Shown here in pieces: positions 26,844-35,518 of a DNA stretch of 64,000 nucleotides (position 1 is the first letter of the stretch; each line of letters opens with the position of its first letter). Origin of the DNA: a virus. The notes under the pieces were generated by a model. That model saw only the letters and a program-made list of their open reading frames with translations, did no database searches and had not been told where the DNA came from. The stretch is taken from positions 32,001 to 96,000 of the IMG/VR virus record IMGVR_UViG_3300033418_000001; one strand, 5' to 3'. The position numbers and the translations under genes were made by a program.

Positions 26844-27245
26844 TCAGTACCGCGTTGACATCTTGCGGTTCTGTTCACACGTTGGGCACGGGATGCTCGA
26901 TGGGACCAGACCGGCGTCGCACTTCGTGCACCCCACACCATCACAATGCTCGCACTGATCGAAGACTCGCACTCGGTTGGTGTCCCGGCACGTCATGCAC
27001 CGGTAGTTCATCGCCTCTTCCAACGCGAGCAGTTCGCCCTCGATCACGATGCTGACTACTCTGTTGCCCTCCACCATGAAGATGAAGTCTTCGTACCTGC
27101 GGTTGCCATCAGGGTGCGTGCACCGTGCTGACAACCGAACCATGTCTTGTAGCTGTTCAAGTCCGACGCCCTTATCCTTTGCCCGCGAGACAAGGCTGAG
27201 TGGGATGAGGAAGCGTCGTTGACTTTGGGGGTCGGGGCTTGCCAT
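26844..27245 (-). CDS. Hypothetical protein with DnaJ-like Cys-rich zinc finger
   Basis: Four CxxC pairs in C-terminal half. Confidence 0.6.
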   Translation of the reverse strand: MASPDPQSQRRFLIPLSLVSRAKDKGVGLEQLQDMVRLSARCTHPDGNRRYEDFIFMVEGNRVVSIVIEGELLALEEAMNYRCMTCRDTNRVRVFDQCEHCDGVGCTKCDAGLVPSSIPCPTCEQNRKMSTRY

Positions 27246-27513
27246 ACAACTCCTCGCGCAAGATCACCAACGAGCGTGGTGCCTCGATGACGAGGCGGGG
27301 CAGAGCCGCCCCACCTTCTCGCGCTATTTTAGGCACACCACACGAAACATACACCCCCCGCATGATTTCGGTGGCCTTGAGGTCGGAGATGTCGAAGCTC
27401 TCGCCGTCGATCAACAGCCGCGCGTGCGAGTGCCCAGTCGAAGCGATCACCTTCACCGGGACGTGCCCGAAGTAGATCGTCTCTCCCACGTGGTAGCCGA
27501 GGATCAGTGCCAT
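27172..27513 (-). CDS. CsrA/RsmA-like protein
   Basis: MALILG..VGETIYFG N-terminus and RLVIEAPRSLVILREEL resemble CsrA (MLILTR..GE.I.IG...RIGI.AP..V.VHREE). Confidence 0.5.
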   Translation of the reverse strand: MALILGYHVGETIYFGHVPVKVIASTGHSHARLLIDGESFDISDLKATEIMRGVYVSCGVPKIAREGGAALPRLVIEAPRSLVILREELYGKPRPPKSTTLPHPTQPCLAGKG

Positions 27514-27514
27514 G

Positions 27515-27970
27515 TCATTTCACCTGTAGCAGTCGTTGTGCTGAAGCGGTGAGAACCCACGTGGACCCTCCCGGCAAACCCTTGCGGAACTCGGTGACCA
27601 CCACCAGTCCCTTGTAGCGCAGCACCGTGAGGTGCGAGGACACCTCGTTGGTATCGTACCCGGGCACCGGCTTCTTGTTGTGATTCACCTGTGCCGTGAT
27701 GTCGGCGGTACTCGCTGATCGTAACGCCGCGAGCGCCACCAAGCACTCCCACAATTTGGTGCCCTGCCGTGGCAGGGTCACGTCTTCCGGCTTCTCGCTG
27801 TGGTCGATGATCACGCTGCCAAGCTTGGTCTGTACCAATTTGTGCAGGCCACACAGGCATCGCAGGAACACGTCCTGATGCCCATATTCGAACCACGCCG
27901 ATTCCGAGCCGCACTTGGGACAAATCGCGCGCACCAAGACCCCTCCTTGGGGGTCCATGGTACCGCACAT
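27515..27970 (-). CDS. Zn-ribbon + winged-helix DNA-binding protein
   Basis: CPKC...CLCG; STADIT...EVSSHLTVLRYKGLV...GGSTW. Confidence 0.6.
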   Translation of the reverse strand: MCGTMDPQGGVLVRAICPKCGSESAWFEYGHQDVFLRCLCGLHKLVQTKLGSVIIDHSEKPEDVTLPRQGTKLWECLVALAALRSASTADITAQVNHNKKPVPGYDTNEVSSHLTVLRYKGLVVVTEFRKGLPGGSTWVLTASAQRLLQVK

Positions 27971-27986
27971 TTGCAGATGTCTGCAC
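27971..27986. repeat. 16-bp palindrome copy 10 (gene junction)
   Basis: TTGCAGATGTCTGCAC. Confidence 0.95.
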
Positions 27987-27988
27987 GG

Positions 27989-29977
27989 TCATGACAGGAG
28001 GGAGAGCGCCGCCGCGAGGGGCGAGAGGGCGTACTTGGCGCCGCCCTTCAGGGCGTCGGCACCCACCTCGGTCACGCAGTTGAGGGACACGATCTTCTTC
28101 TCGGCGACCACGGCCACCACCTCATCCTTGTTCTTCAGGAGAGCCGCGTGGTCCGCGACCACCATCGCGCCGTCATCGAGAGCCGCGAGGCCGGTCACCG
28201 AGTTGACGGTCGGCACCAGAGTGTAGCCCGCACCCTTGAGGGCCACGCCCGCTTCGAACCCGTTGCCGATCACCTTCACGCCCTTGAGCTTGAGGCTGAC
28301 GAGGGACATCACCTTGTCGGTCTTGTCGCTGTACGGGGCGCCCCAGAGCAGCGCGAGCGGTGCGCTCTCCGGTTCCACCGCCGCTTCGCGGAGGTCCACG
28401 ATCAGGTCGTCGGCCATCGCCGCGATCTTGGCCACCTCGGCTTCGAACTCAGCCACGCCGAGGGCGTAGGCCGGGATGACCACGCGCTTCGCGTTGGCCA
28501 CGTCGCTCGCCTTGGTCGCCACCTCGTAGTACCCGTAGTGGTCGCCGAGCAGCGAGAGGAAGTCCTTCACCGCGCCGCTCACGCCACCCACCATCTTCGG
28601 CTCCACGCCCACCCACACCGCGCCGCTTGCGCCGTCGAGGGCCACCGTGGTGCCCGCAGTGATCAGGCGGACCACACCGCTCGCATCCTTGAAGCTCCAC
28701 CCGTTGGAGGTCTTGTCCAACGCGCTGCAACCCACCACCGCCACCTTGTTGGCGCCGCGCGCCACCACCGCCGCGTGGGAGGTCATCCCGCCGCGAGCAG
28801 TGAAGATGCCGGAGGAGGCGAGCATCCCGCCGATGTCGTCGGGGTCGGTCTCTTGCGTGATCAGGATCACCGGGCCGTTGACCGCTTGGGTCATCGCATC
28901 CGCCGCACTGAACACCGCCTTGCCGATGGCCACGCCCGGGGAAGCCGCGATCCCGGTGGTCATCGGGGGGTTGGCCGCGAGCCACCCGGCATCGAGTGCC
29001 GGTTGCGCCGCCTTCATCAGGTCCGCCGCCGCGACACGCTTGATCGCATCCTCGGTGCTGATCAGCTTCTCGCTCACCAAGTCCACTGCGATCTTCACTG
29101 CCGCCTGCGCGGTGCGCTTGCCGTTGCGGGTCTGAAGGATGTAGAGCTTGCCGTCCTGCACGGTGAACTCGATGTCCTGCATGTCGCGGTTCATCGCCTC
29201 AAGCTTCTCCACGTACCCGCAGAGGTCGGCGTAGACACTCACGTTCCAATCGGCGAGAGAGGTGAGGGGCAGCGGGGTTCTGATCCCTGCCACCACGTCC
29301 TCACCTTGAGCGTTGACGAGGTATTCGCCGATCACCTCGTTCTCGCCGTTCGACGGGTTGCGCGAGAACAGCACACCAGTCGCCGACTTGTCGTTGAGGT
29401 TCCCGAACACCATGGCCTGCACAGTGACCGCAGTGCCGAGAGCATCCGAGATGCCGTACTCCTTGCGGTACGCCTTGGCGCGGTCGTTGTTCCACGACTT
29501 GAACACCGCGATGATCGCGCCGAAGAGTTGGTCATCGAGGTTGTCGGGGAGCGGAGCCTTCACCACGCTCGCGTACATCGAGCAGAGGCGGTCCCAACAG
29601 TTGGACGCGGCATCCTTGCCCAGTCGGTCCCACCACAGCGGGCCATTGGCCTCGGTCATGCCCACGTTCAGGATGGTGTCCATCATCCCCGGCATCGAGA
29701 ACTTCGAACCGGAGCGCACCGAGACGAGGGGCATCACGTTGTTGAAGTGAGAGGCGAGGTCCGACTTGATGGCCGGGATGGCGGTGTAGCGGACCCAGTT
29801 TTCGACCGGGGCCGGGTTCGCCATGTAGTCGCGGCACACGTCGGTGGTGATGATGCAGGCCGGGGGCACCGGGATGCCCGCCTGCGCCATCTTCCAGAGG
29901 TTGAAGCCCTTGCCGCCGAGGAGGTCCGAGGAGAACCCCGCATCGGGCGACTTCAGGGAAACGAGACGGTCAGCCAT
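27989..29977 (-). CDS. PPDK-like protein (ATP-grasp + phospho-His swivel domain, non-canonical C-terminus)
   Basis: LLGGKG, PLVSVRSG..SMPGMMDTILNVG, QAMVFGN, NAQGEDVVAGIRTP, DMQDIEFT, LQTRNGKRT, GGMTSHAAVVARG. Confidence 0.9.
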   Translation of the reverse strand: MADRLVSLKSPDAGFSSDLLGGKGFNLWKMAQAGIPVPPACIITTDVCRDYMANPAPVENWVRYTAIPAIKSDLASHFNNVMPLVSVRSGSKFSMPGMMDTILNVGMTEANGPLWWDRLGKDAASNCWDRLCSMYASVVKAPLPDNLDDQLFGAIIAVFKSWNNDRAKAYRKEYGISDALGTAVTVQAMVFGNLNDKSATGVLFSRNPSNGENEVIGEYLVNAQGEDVVAGIRTPLPLTSLADWNVSVYADLCGYVEKLEAMNRDMQDIEFTVQDGKLYILQTRNGKRTAQAAVKIAVDLVSEKLISTEDAIKRVAAADLMKAAQPALDAGWLAANPPMTTGIAASPGVAIGKAVFSAADAMTQAVNGPVILITQETDPDDIGGMLASSGIFTARGGMTSHAAVVARGANKVAVVGCSALDKTSNGWSFKDASGVVRLITAGTTVALDGASGAVWVGVEPKMVGGVSGAVKDFLSLLGDHYGYYEVATKASDVANAKRVVIPAYALGVAEFEAEVAKIAAMADDLIVDLREAAVEPESAPLALLWGAPYSDKTDKVMSLVSLKLKGVKVIGNGFEAGVALKGAGYTLVPTVNSVTGLAALDDGAMVVADHAALLKNKDEVVAVVAEKKIVSLNCVTEVGADALKGGAKYALSPLAAALSLLS

Positions 29978-30010
29978 TCAGCACTCCTTTGCGATTTGGC
30001 CTACAACGTC

Positions 30011-30039
30011 ATACTACCCCTTCGGGTACAGACTGTCAA
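30011..30039 (-). promoter_or_regulatory. sigma70-type promoter of PPDK-like gene
   Basis: TTGACA-N17-TAGTAT followed by CAAAGGAGTG. Confidence 0.75.
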
Positions 30040-30232
30040 GCATCTTGCGGCCCTTGTAGTACGAGGCGTACTGCGCCTTGTCCTCGGGCGTGCCGCCGAT
30101 GGTCTCGGGCGTCATGCCGTCGTTGTACAGGGCTTCCAAGGTCCAGTCCGACAGGGGCGCGTTGGCCGGGAACATGGCGTTGTCGCCAAGTCGGTCACGG
30201 GCCTCTGCGTAGGTCATCTTCGGGTCTGCCAT
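30014..30232 (-). CDS. Small hypothetical protein
   Basis: MADPKMTY..., GGAGG RBS, upstream TTGAGC-N17-TATGAT. Confidence 0.6.
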   Translation of the reverse strand: MADPKMTYAEARDRLGDNAMFPANAPLSDWTLEALYNDGMTPETIGGTPEDKAQYASYYKGRKMLDSLYPKG

Positions 30233-32544
30233 GCTACCTCCGTCCTCATCATACCACGGTAGGAAGGGATGCTCAATCCTTTGACGACAGGATGGGACTG
30301 CCGCCACCGAGAATGAAGCCGGTCCCAAGCTCCTCTTCGGTCTTGTCCGAGATGGGCATCAATGACGGCTTGGTAGGCGTCTCTTCCTTCTTGGCGGGTG
30401 TCCCAACTGCCAAGGAACTCGCCACGTCCGCGCCACTGGGAGATTTCGATTCCATGTCTCGCTCCTGCTTCCTGAACCTGCTTCTTGAGTTGAGTGCCCG
30501 GGTCGAACACGTACACGTCGGTGTGCCCTGAGTGCGGGACCATGGTGTGGAACTCCAACCCGGCCTCGCTGAACTTCGCGTGCACCGACTTCAGATCGGT
30601 GTCCGACACCTTCACCTTGTACATGGAGTCGGGTCCGTCCTTCTCCACCTTGAAGGGGATCACTGCCTTCTGATCGGCAAGCATACCCTTCATCGCTGCC
30701 GACAGCCTGATCTGATCGTAGGAGGCGTTACCATAGACGCGACCGAGCATCGTGTTCTCGGCCCCGTCACTCCACGCACCGACGCCACTCTCATGCTTCG
30801 AACGCAGATCAAGCAGCGCATCCACTTCCGTAGCAATCGCCACAACATCCTGATGGCGTGCCGCCCGTACCGCACCCTCCGCGCCTTTAACGTCCATGCC
30901 TTCATCGACGTTGGGGGAGACGAAGGAGACACCCTGACCATTGCCCGCGACAGTGAAGCGTCCCCGCTCATCGTGGTTGGGGTTGAACTTGCGAGCGCGC
31001 CCCTGATCGAGGTCCAACACCTGTGCGTCGATATGCACTGTGTTGTTCATCGCTTCGAACGCAACTCGATGGTGTCCGTCAAGGAGGTACATCTTGCCGC
31101 GATGCCGAGCAACCTGCACTGGCTTCGCGTTGACGTTCTTAAAGTTCTTCACAGCTTCGTGATGCACGACGTTCTGCGTGAAGATCAAGTCCCGTATCGC
31201 CACAACCTCAACGGGCTGTTGGGAGAAGAGAACGTCCCGGGAAGCCTTCTGCTCCTTTCCCGAGTCGGCGTTGATGTCGGTGCCCTGTAGCTGCATCAGG
31301 TCTTCGAAGAACGGCACCTTGGTGTACGGCACGTAGGTGGCGTCGGGGATGATGCTGCCGAGCGGCTTCACCTGCTTCGGGTCACTGAGCGGTCGCCTCT
31401 CCGGCTTGAGGTCGATGATCTTGCGGTCGAGGTCGGTGAACTCCGCGTTGCCCACGCCACCGGAGGCGAAGCGGCCCAACGCATCGTGGTGCGGGTTGAA
31501 CTTCAGCACCTCCATGTACTCGTCCGCCTTGCGCGACTTGCGGTAGTGCGGGTTCTCCTTGCGGTGGTCCACCACCAACACCGGAGGCTCAGGCCACTTC
31601 ACCATGTTGTGGTGGATGGTGTAGCCCTTGTTGAAGTAGCGCACCATCTTGTCGAAGTTGGCCTCGTTCTTGTAGTTGCCACCGTTCTGCCTGCCATCCG
31701 GCCCCGTGGTGCCCACGATCACGTCAGTGGGCACGTAGCGGCCCCCGGGCTGTAGCGCCCGCCGCGCCGAGCGCGTCGCCGCATCCTTCGGCGGCAGGAA
31801 CATGTAGGCGCCCTTCAGATCGAACCCGGCCTTCTTGAACGACAGGACGAGCGAGGTCTTGTCGCTCTTCAGCGTCATGTCCAACACCATGCTGATGCGG
31901 CTCACCCGGGCGTACTCGATCAACTGCTTGAAGATGTGGTCGCCCTCTTCGTGCCACAGCCCCGCGTCGGCGCCGTTCCACTCCCCATGGTTGACCTGCT
32001 TGGAGAGCATCGACTTGATTTCGTCGGGGTCAAGCACGAAGGACTTCTTAGAGCCTTCCTCGTTGTAGGCGAGACCCTTGAGTTGGCTCTTGCCTGAGCC
32101 GCCGCGACCACCGAGGACCGTGAGCATCGGAGTCTCGCCCTCCTTGGCCTTGAACTCGTCCATCCCCGGCACCCACTCACCCTTCTCGTTGGTGAAGCCG
32201 TTCTTCACCTTGTCCAACACCGCACGGTGCGCCTTCACCCTCTCGGGGAGGTAGTGCTTGCCGTCGTGGTTGCGGGTCCACACCAGATGGGTGGACATCC
32301 CCGCCTTCAGCTTCTCGGTGATGGCGCGGTCCAAGGCGTTGATCTTCGCCTGCTCCTCGGGCGTGAGGTCGTTGAACACCTCGGCCACCGACACGGGGCG
32401 GTTGAAGCTCTTGGCGAGAACCTGTGCCGACTGCGGCGACCACTGCTCCGTGGCCCCTGCCGTGCCCTTCGGGGCGAACTGTCCCCCCTTGGGGGAACCG
32501 GCGGGCTGATGGTTTGGGTTGTACTTGAGCAGGTGCAGGAACAT
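30214..32544 (-). CDS. Three-module tagged polyprotein: zeta-toxin-like P-loop kinase, ParB/Srx-like domain, unknown domain
   Basis: Tags LLKYNPNHQPAGSPKGGQFA, VLKFNPHHDALGRFA, ARKFNPNHDERGRFT; GGRGGSGKS..LDPDEIK..WHEEG..LDMT..GGRYVP; YLLDGHHRV. Confidence 0.8.
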   Translation of the reverse strand: MFLHLLKYNPNHQPAGSPKGGQFAPKGTAGATEQWSPQSAQVLAKSFNRPVSVAEVFNDLTPEEQAKINALDRAITEKLKAGMSTHLVWTRNHDGKHYLPERVKAHRAVLDKVKNGFTNEKGEWVPGMDEFKAKEGETPMLTVLGGRGGSGKSQLKGLAYNEEGSKKSFVLDPDEIKSMLSKQVNHGEWNGADAGLWHEEGDHIFKQLIEYARVSRISMVLDMTLKSDKTSLVLSFKKAGFDLKGAYMFLPPKDAATRSARRALQPGGRYVPTDVIVGTTGPDGRQNGGNYKNEANFDKMVRYFNKGYTIHHNMVKWPEPPVLVVDHRKENPHYRKSRKADEYMEVLKFNPHHDALGRFASGGVGNAEFTDLDRKIIDLKPERRPLSDPKQVKPLGSIIPDATYVPYTKVPFFEDLMQLQGTDINADSGKEQKASRDVLFSQQPVEVVAIRDLIFTQNVVHHEAVKNFKNVNAKPVQVARHRGKMYLLDGHHRVAFEAMNNTVHIDAQVLDLDQGRARKFNPNHDERGRFTVAGNGQGVSFVSPNVDEGMDVKGAEGAVRAARHQDVVAIATEVDALLDLRSKHESGVGAWSDGAENTMLGRVYGNASYDQIRLSAAMKGMLADQKAVIPFKVEKDGPDSMYKVKVSDTDLKSVHAKFSEAGLEFHTMVPHSGHTDVYVFDPGTQLKKQVQEAGARHGIEISQWRGRGEFLGSWDTRQEGRDAYQAVIDAHLGQDRRGAWDRLHSRWRQSHPVVKGLSIPSYRGMMRTEVAWQTRR

Positions 32545-32568
32545 GGAGACTCCCCCGTAGACCTGCCC

Positions 32569-32594
32569 ATTCTACGGGGGGATGGGGAACCTGA
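32569..32594 (-). promoter_or_regulatory. Putative late promoter (TCAGGT-N14-TAGAAT)
   Basis: Same motif as upstream of scaffold and portal. Confidence 0.5.
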
Positions 32595-32601
32595 CCAAGG
32601 C

Positions 32602-32617
32602 GTGCAGATGTCTGCAC
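32602..32617. repeat. 16-bp palindrome copy 11 (intergenic)
   Basis: GTGCAGATGTCTGCAC. Confidence 0.95.
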
Positions 32618-32618
32618 G

Positions 32619-32975
32619 CTAGGGTGCCTGTCCGGCGTCTCCGTTGGTGACGATGCGGGGGCGATCCACCGTGGGTGGGGTGGGGGCAGGCGCAGGCGCC
32701 GGGAAGGTCGGGGGGTTGGCCCGCACCCACGTCACCTTGCCACCCTCCGTGCCCTTGCTGCGCCAGATGCCCCACGCCGTGACGTACAGGCGGTCCTCGG
32801 GCGCCACCTCGTTCAGGAAGGCCGTCAGTTCGATCAGCTTGGCCGTGCGTCGCCGCAGCAGCGGCATGACGTTGGTGAGGAGTTCGATGGCCTCCGGCCC
32901 CTTCACCTTCTTCGCCTTCAGGCGAGCCTCCAAGTCCTTCATGGCCTTGTCGCCCGTCATCATCGTGATGCTCAT
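32619..32975 (-). CDS. Hypothetical protein
   Basis: Start MSITMM with AAGGAG RBS. Confidence 0.6.
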   Translation of the reverse strand: MSITMMTGDKAMKDLEARLKAKKVKGPEAIELLTNVMPLLRRRTAKLIELTAFLNEVAPEDRLYVTAWGIWRSKGTEGGKVTWVRANPPTFPAPAPAPTPPTVDRPRIVTNGDAGQAP

Positions 32976-32989
32976 GGTTCGCTCCTTGG

Positions 32990-33949
32990 TCAGAACAGCA
33001 CTTGGACTCGCGCCTTCATGCGGGCGTACTCTTCCGGCGACAGCACCGGGGACACCTTCTCGCCCGGGGCATCCTTGGCTTCTGCGGCGATCTGCTTCAG
33101 ATCGGCGTGCAGGGCGCCCTTGGGGGCCGAGAACGGTGACACCGGGGCGGGAGGCTGCGTGGGGTGGAGGTAGACGTGGGGGTTGTGCGTGGCTTGCCCC
33201 GAGGTCACCTTCTTCGCCAACGCCTTGAGCGCCGCCGCACCCGACGACACGTTGTCGCCCCACGGCAGACCGTAGTGGCCCGCGCAGATCGGGCCGTAGC
33301 CCACCGAGGTGGACTTCTCGTCGCTCAGACCCTTGTTGCAGAAGCAGCACTTGCCGTGCAGCTTGCCGTAGCTCGCCGCGACGCCTGCCGGGTCGGTGGC
33401 GAACGCCTTCAGGGCCGTCTTCACCTTGCCGAGGAACACGTCGTTCAGCGTCGGCTTCGGCTTGAAGGTGCCATCCGCGAAGATCGTGCCGTAGAACATG
33501 TTGGGGTAGCCCGTGTCGGACACCACCAAGATGTTCTCGGGGTTCTTCGCAGGCTTGAGGGCCATCTTCAGCCCGTCGTAGCTGATCTTGATCGACGGCT
33601 TCTTGAGGTGCACTGCCGCCGTGACGAAGAGAGCCTTGATCGCCGACATCTCGCCTTCCGAGGCGACCGGGGCAGGGCCGTTGTCGATGACCGGGGGCAG
33701 GCCCGCCACTGCCGCGAGAGCAGCGACCCCTGCGGCGGACAGCGGATTGGCGGCAGCGGCCTTCGCCTTGTCCACCATCTTCTGCGCCCAGAGGGCTTGC
33801 TTGTCGGACCACCCACCGTACTTGATGTGCCCGTCGCACAGCGAGAGGGCGAAGCCCTTGTCGCTCTCGGGCAGGTTGGGGAGCGCCGCCTGCAACTCAC
33901 ACAGCAGGGCGGGGTACGGGGTCTTGGGCTTGAACAGTTGGTAGGACAT
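32990..33949 (-). CDS. DUF6011-like zinc-binding domain protein
   Basis: CCFCNKGLSDEKSTSVGYGPICA. Confidence 0.7.
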   Translation of the reverse strand: MSYQLFKPKTPYPALLCELQAALPNLPESDKGFALSLCDGHIKYGGWSDKQALWAQKMVDKAKAAAANPLSAAGVAALAAVAGLPPVIDNGPAPVASEGEMSAIKALFVTAAVHLKKPSIKISYDGLKMALKPAKNPENILVVSDTGYPNMFYGTIFADGTFKPKPTLNDVFLGKVKTALKAFATDPAGVAASYGKLHGKCCFCNKGLSDEKSTSVGYGPICAGHYGLPWGDNVSSGAAALKALAKKVTSGQATHNPHVYLHPTQPPAPVSPFSAPKGALHADLKQIAAEAKDAPGEKVSPVLSPEEYARMKARVQVLF

Positions 33950-33979
33950 TTAGCACTCCTTTGCCATCACTACAACCCC

Positions 33980-34008
33980 ACTGTACTACAACGCCGGGAA
34001 ACTGTCAA
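33980..34008 (-). promoter_or_regulatory. sigma70-type promoter
   Basis: TTGACA-N17-TACAGT. Confidence 0.7.
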
Positions 34009-34156
34009 CCACCACTCTTGGGCAGGGGGCGGCAGATGGTGTTGCGGCAGGTCTCGCACACGAAGCGCAGCTTGCCCCCCATCTTCACGCTGTTGCCACT
34101 CCGCACCGGCATCATCTTCGAACACATGAAGCACTTGCTCTCCCTCTTGTCCAACG

Positions 34157-34525
34157 TCACGTCTTCTCTCCACTGGTCGCAATGGTCTCTGTGATCTTCG
34201 TCTTCGCCAAGCCGATCTGATGCAGTTCGTAGTGCACCGAGAGCTTGGCCCGCTGCTCTGGCGTCAGGAACGACGCGCAGTCCTTGATCATGGTCTCAGC
34301 TTGCTCCAAGGCTGACAAGATGCCCGCGAGGCATTCCGTCATCTCTTGGAGCCGCACCTTCATCGGGATGTAGACGACGCGCGACTTCGCGTCCTCCCAC
34401 GTGTGCCCCTGCACGCACACTCGGTAGATGGCAGGGAGCCGCCTCACCACCTGCCCCGCCTTGCCGCAGTAGGGGCAGTGGTCCGCGCCCTTCTGCGCGC
34501 CGGGTACTACTTCGATTTGCGCCAT
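34157..34525 (-). CDS. Hypothetical Zn-ribbon protein
   Basis: CPYC...CVQGHTW. Confidence 0.5.
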   Translation of the reverse strand: MAQIEVVPGAQKGADHCPYCGKAGQVVRRLPAIYRVCVQGHTWEDAKSRVVYIPMKVRLQEMTECLAGILSALEQAETMIKDCASFLTPEQRAKLSVHYELHQIGLAKTKITETIATSGEKT

Positions 34526-34791
34526 GGTCCCTTGGAGACGTTGGGTGCCGGGGGGACCACCTGCTCATCCGGCAGCGAGGCCACCGTGACCATGGGTTCC
34601 ACCGGGGGCCGATGCAGCACCGCCGTCTGCGCGGTCTTCTCCACCTTCTTGTCGAGGGCGTAGCCCACCTTCGACTTCTCGCGCAGCCAGATGGCGTTAC
34701 GCAGCCACGCCGAGCGCATCGACTCGTTGTTGGGGTAGACCTGCCACGACCGCTGCTCTAAATCCTTGTTCTTGCCGCGCTCCTTCGCCAT
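34507..34791 (-). CDS. Hypothetical protein
   Basis: Start MAKERG after AAGGAG. Confidence 0.5.
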   Translation of the reverse strand: MAKERGKNKDLEQRSWQVYPNNESMRSAWLRNAIWLREKSKVGYALDKKVEKTAQTAVLHRPPVEPMVTVASLPDEQVVPPAPNVSKGPWRKSK

Positions 34792-35173
34792 CACCACACT
34801 CCTTCGTTGACGAGCTTCTTGATGTACCACAGGTTGCCCAGTGCCACGCCGCCCCACAGGAGAGCGACGCCGGGTTGCTTGGCGACCGTCGCCCACAGGA
34901 TGGCATTGAGGAAGTACAGCAGTGCATTGAGTCCCAACGTGAGTCTCATGATCCCCTCCTTAGACCAACACCACTTCGATCACCCGAATCCCCACCGGAC
35001 CCTTCGCCTTCTGGATGCCGACAGTGATCGGGTACGCCTTCTTCGCTGCCTTGATGGCCTCCACCTCCGTGGGGAAGTCATCCTCCACCCGCTGCGCGGG
35101 GCGCCACACCCCGTTGATGCGAATCTCCACCACGAAGGCCGTCTTGCTCTCTTGGGCGCTCACTTGAGGCTCC

Positions 35174-35518
35174 TCACTCTTCCCATGGAGGCTTCGCCCC
35201 CGAGTCAACAACGGGTGCGACCGGGGTTGCAGATGTCTGCACAACCTTCGACCGCTTGTCCTTCTTGATCGGCTTGATCCTGACCATCAGACCGTAGGCC
35301 AACAGAGGCGACGACGGCCCGATGGAATCCGTGCGAAAGCGCAGGATCACCTCGGCCTTGCCCTCGATCACCATCATGTTGAGGGCATCGTAGCGACCCT
35401 TGCCCACACTCACCTTGCCGCCGCGAGGGCCGGTGCCGGTCACCCACATGGCCGAGAGCATCCGCTTGGTGTGCTTCGACTCGGCAATCAACTCCAACTC
35501 GGAGTGGGTGTACTTCAC
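35174..35518 (-). CDS. Hypothetical protein
   Basis: GTG start coupled to upstream stop. Confidence 0.5.
   Translation of the reverse strand: MKYTHSELELIAESKHTKRMLSAMWVTGTGPRGGKVSVGKGRYDALNMMVIEGKAEVILRFRTDSIGPSSPLLAYGLMVRIKPIKKDKRSKVVQTSATPVAPVVDSGAKPPWEE
35227..35242. repeat. 16-bp palindrome copy 12 (coding C-terminal tail, VQTSA)
   Basis: TTGCAGATGTCTGCAC. Confidence 0.95.

Noticed and set aside
27989-29977. Canonical ppdK auxiliary metabolic gene
   Set aside because: C-terminal pyruvate/PEP-binding domain not recognisable, so no gene symbol assigned
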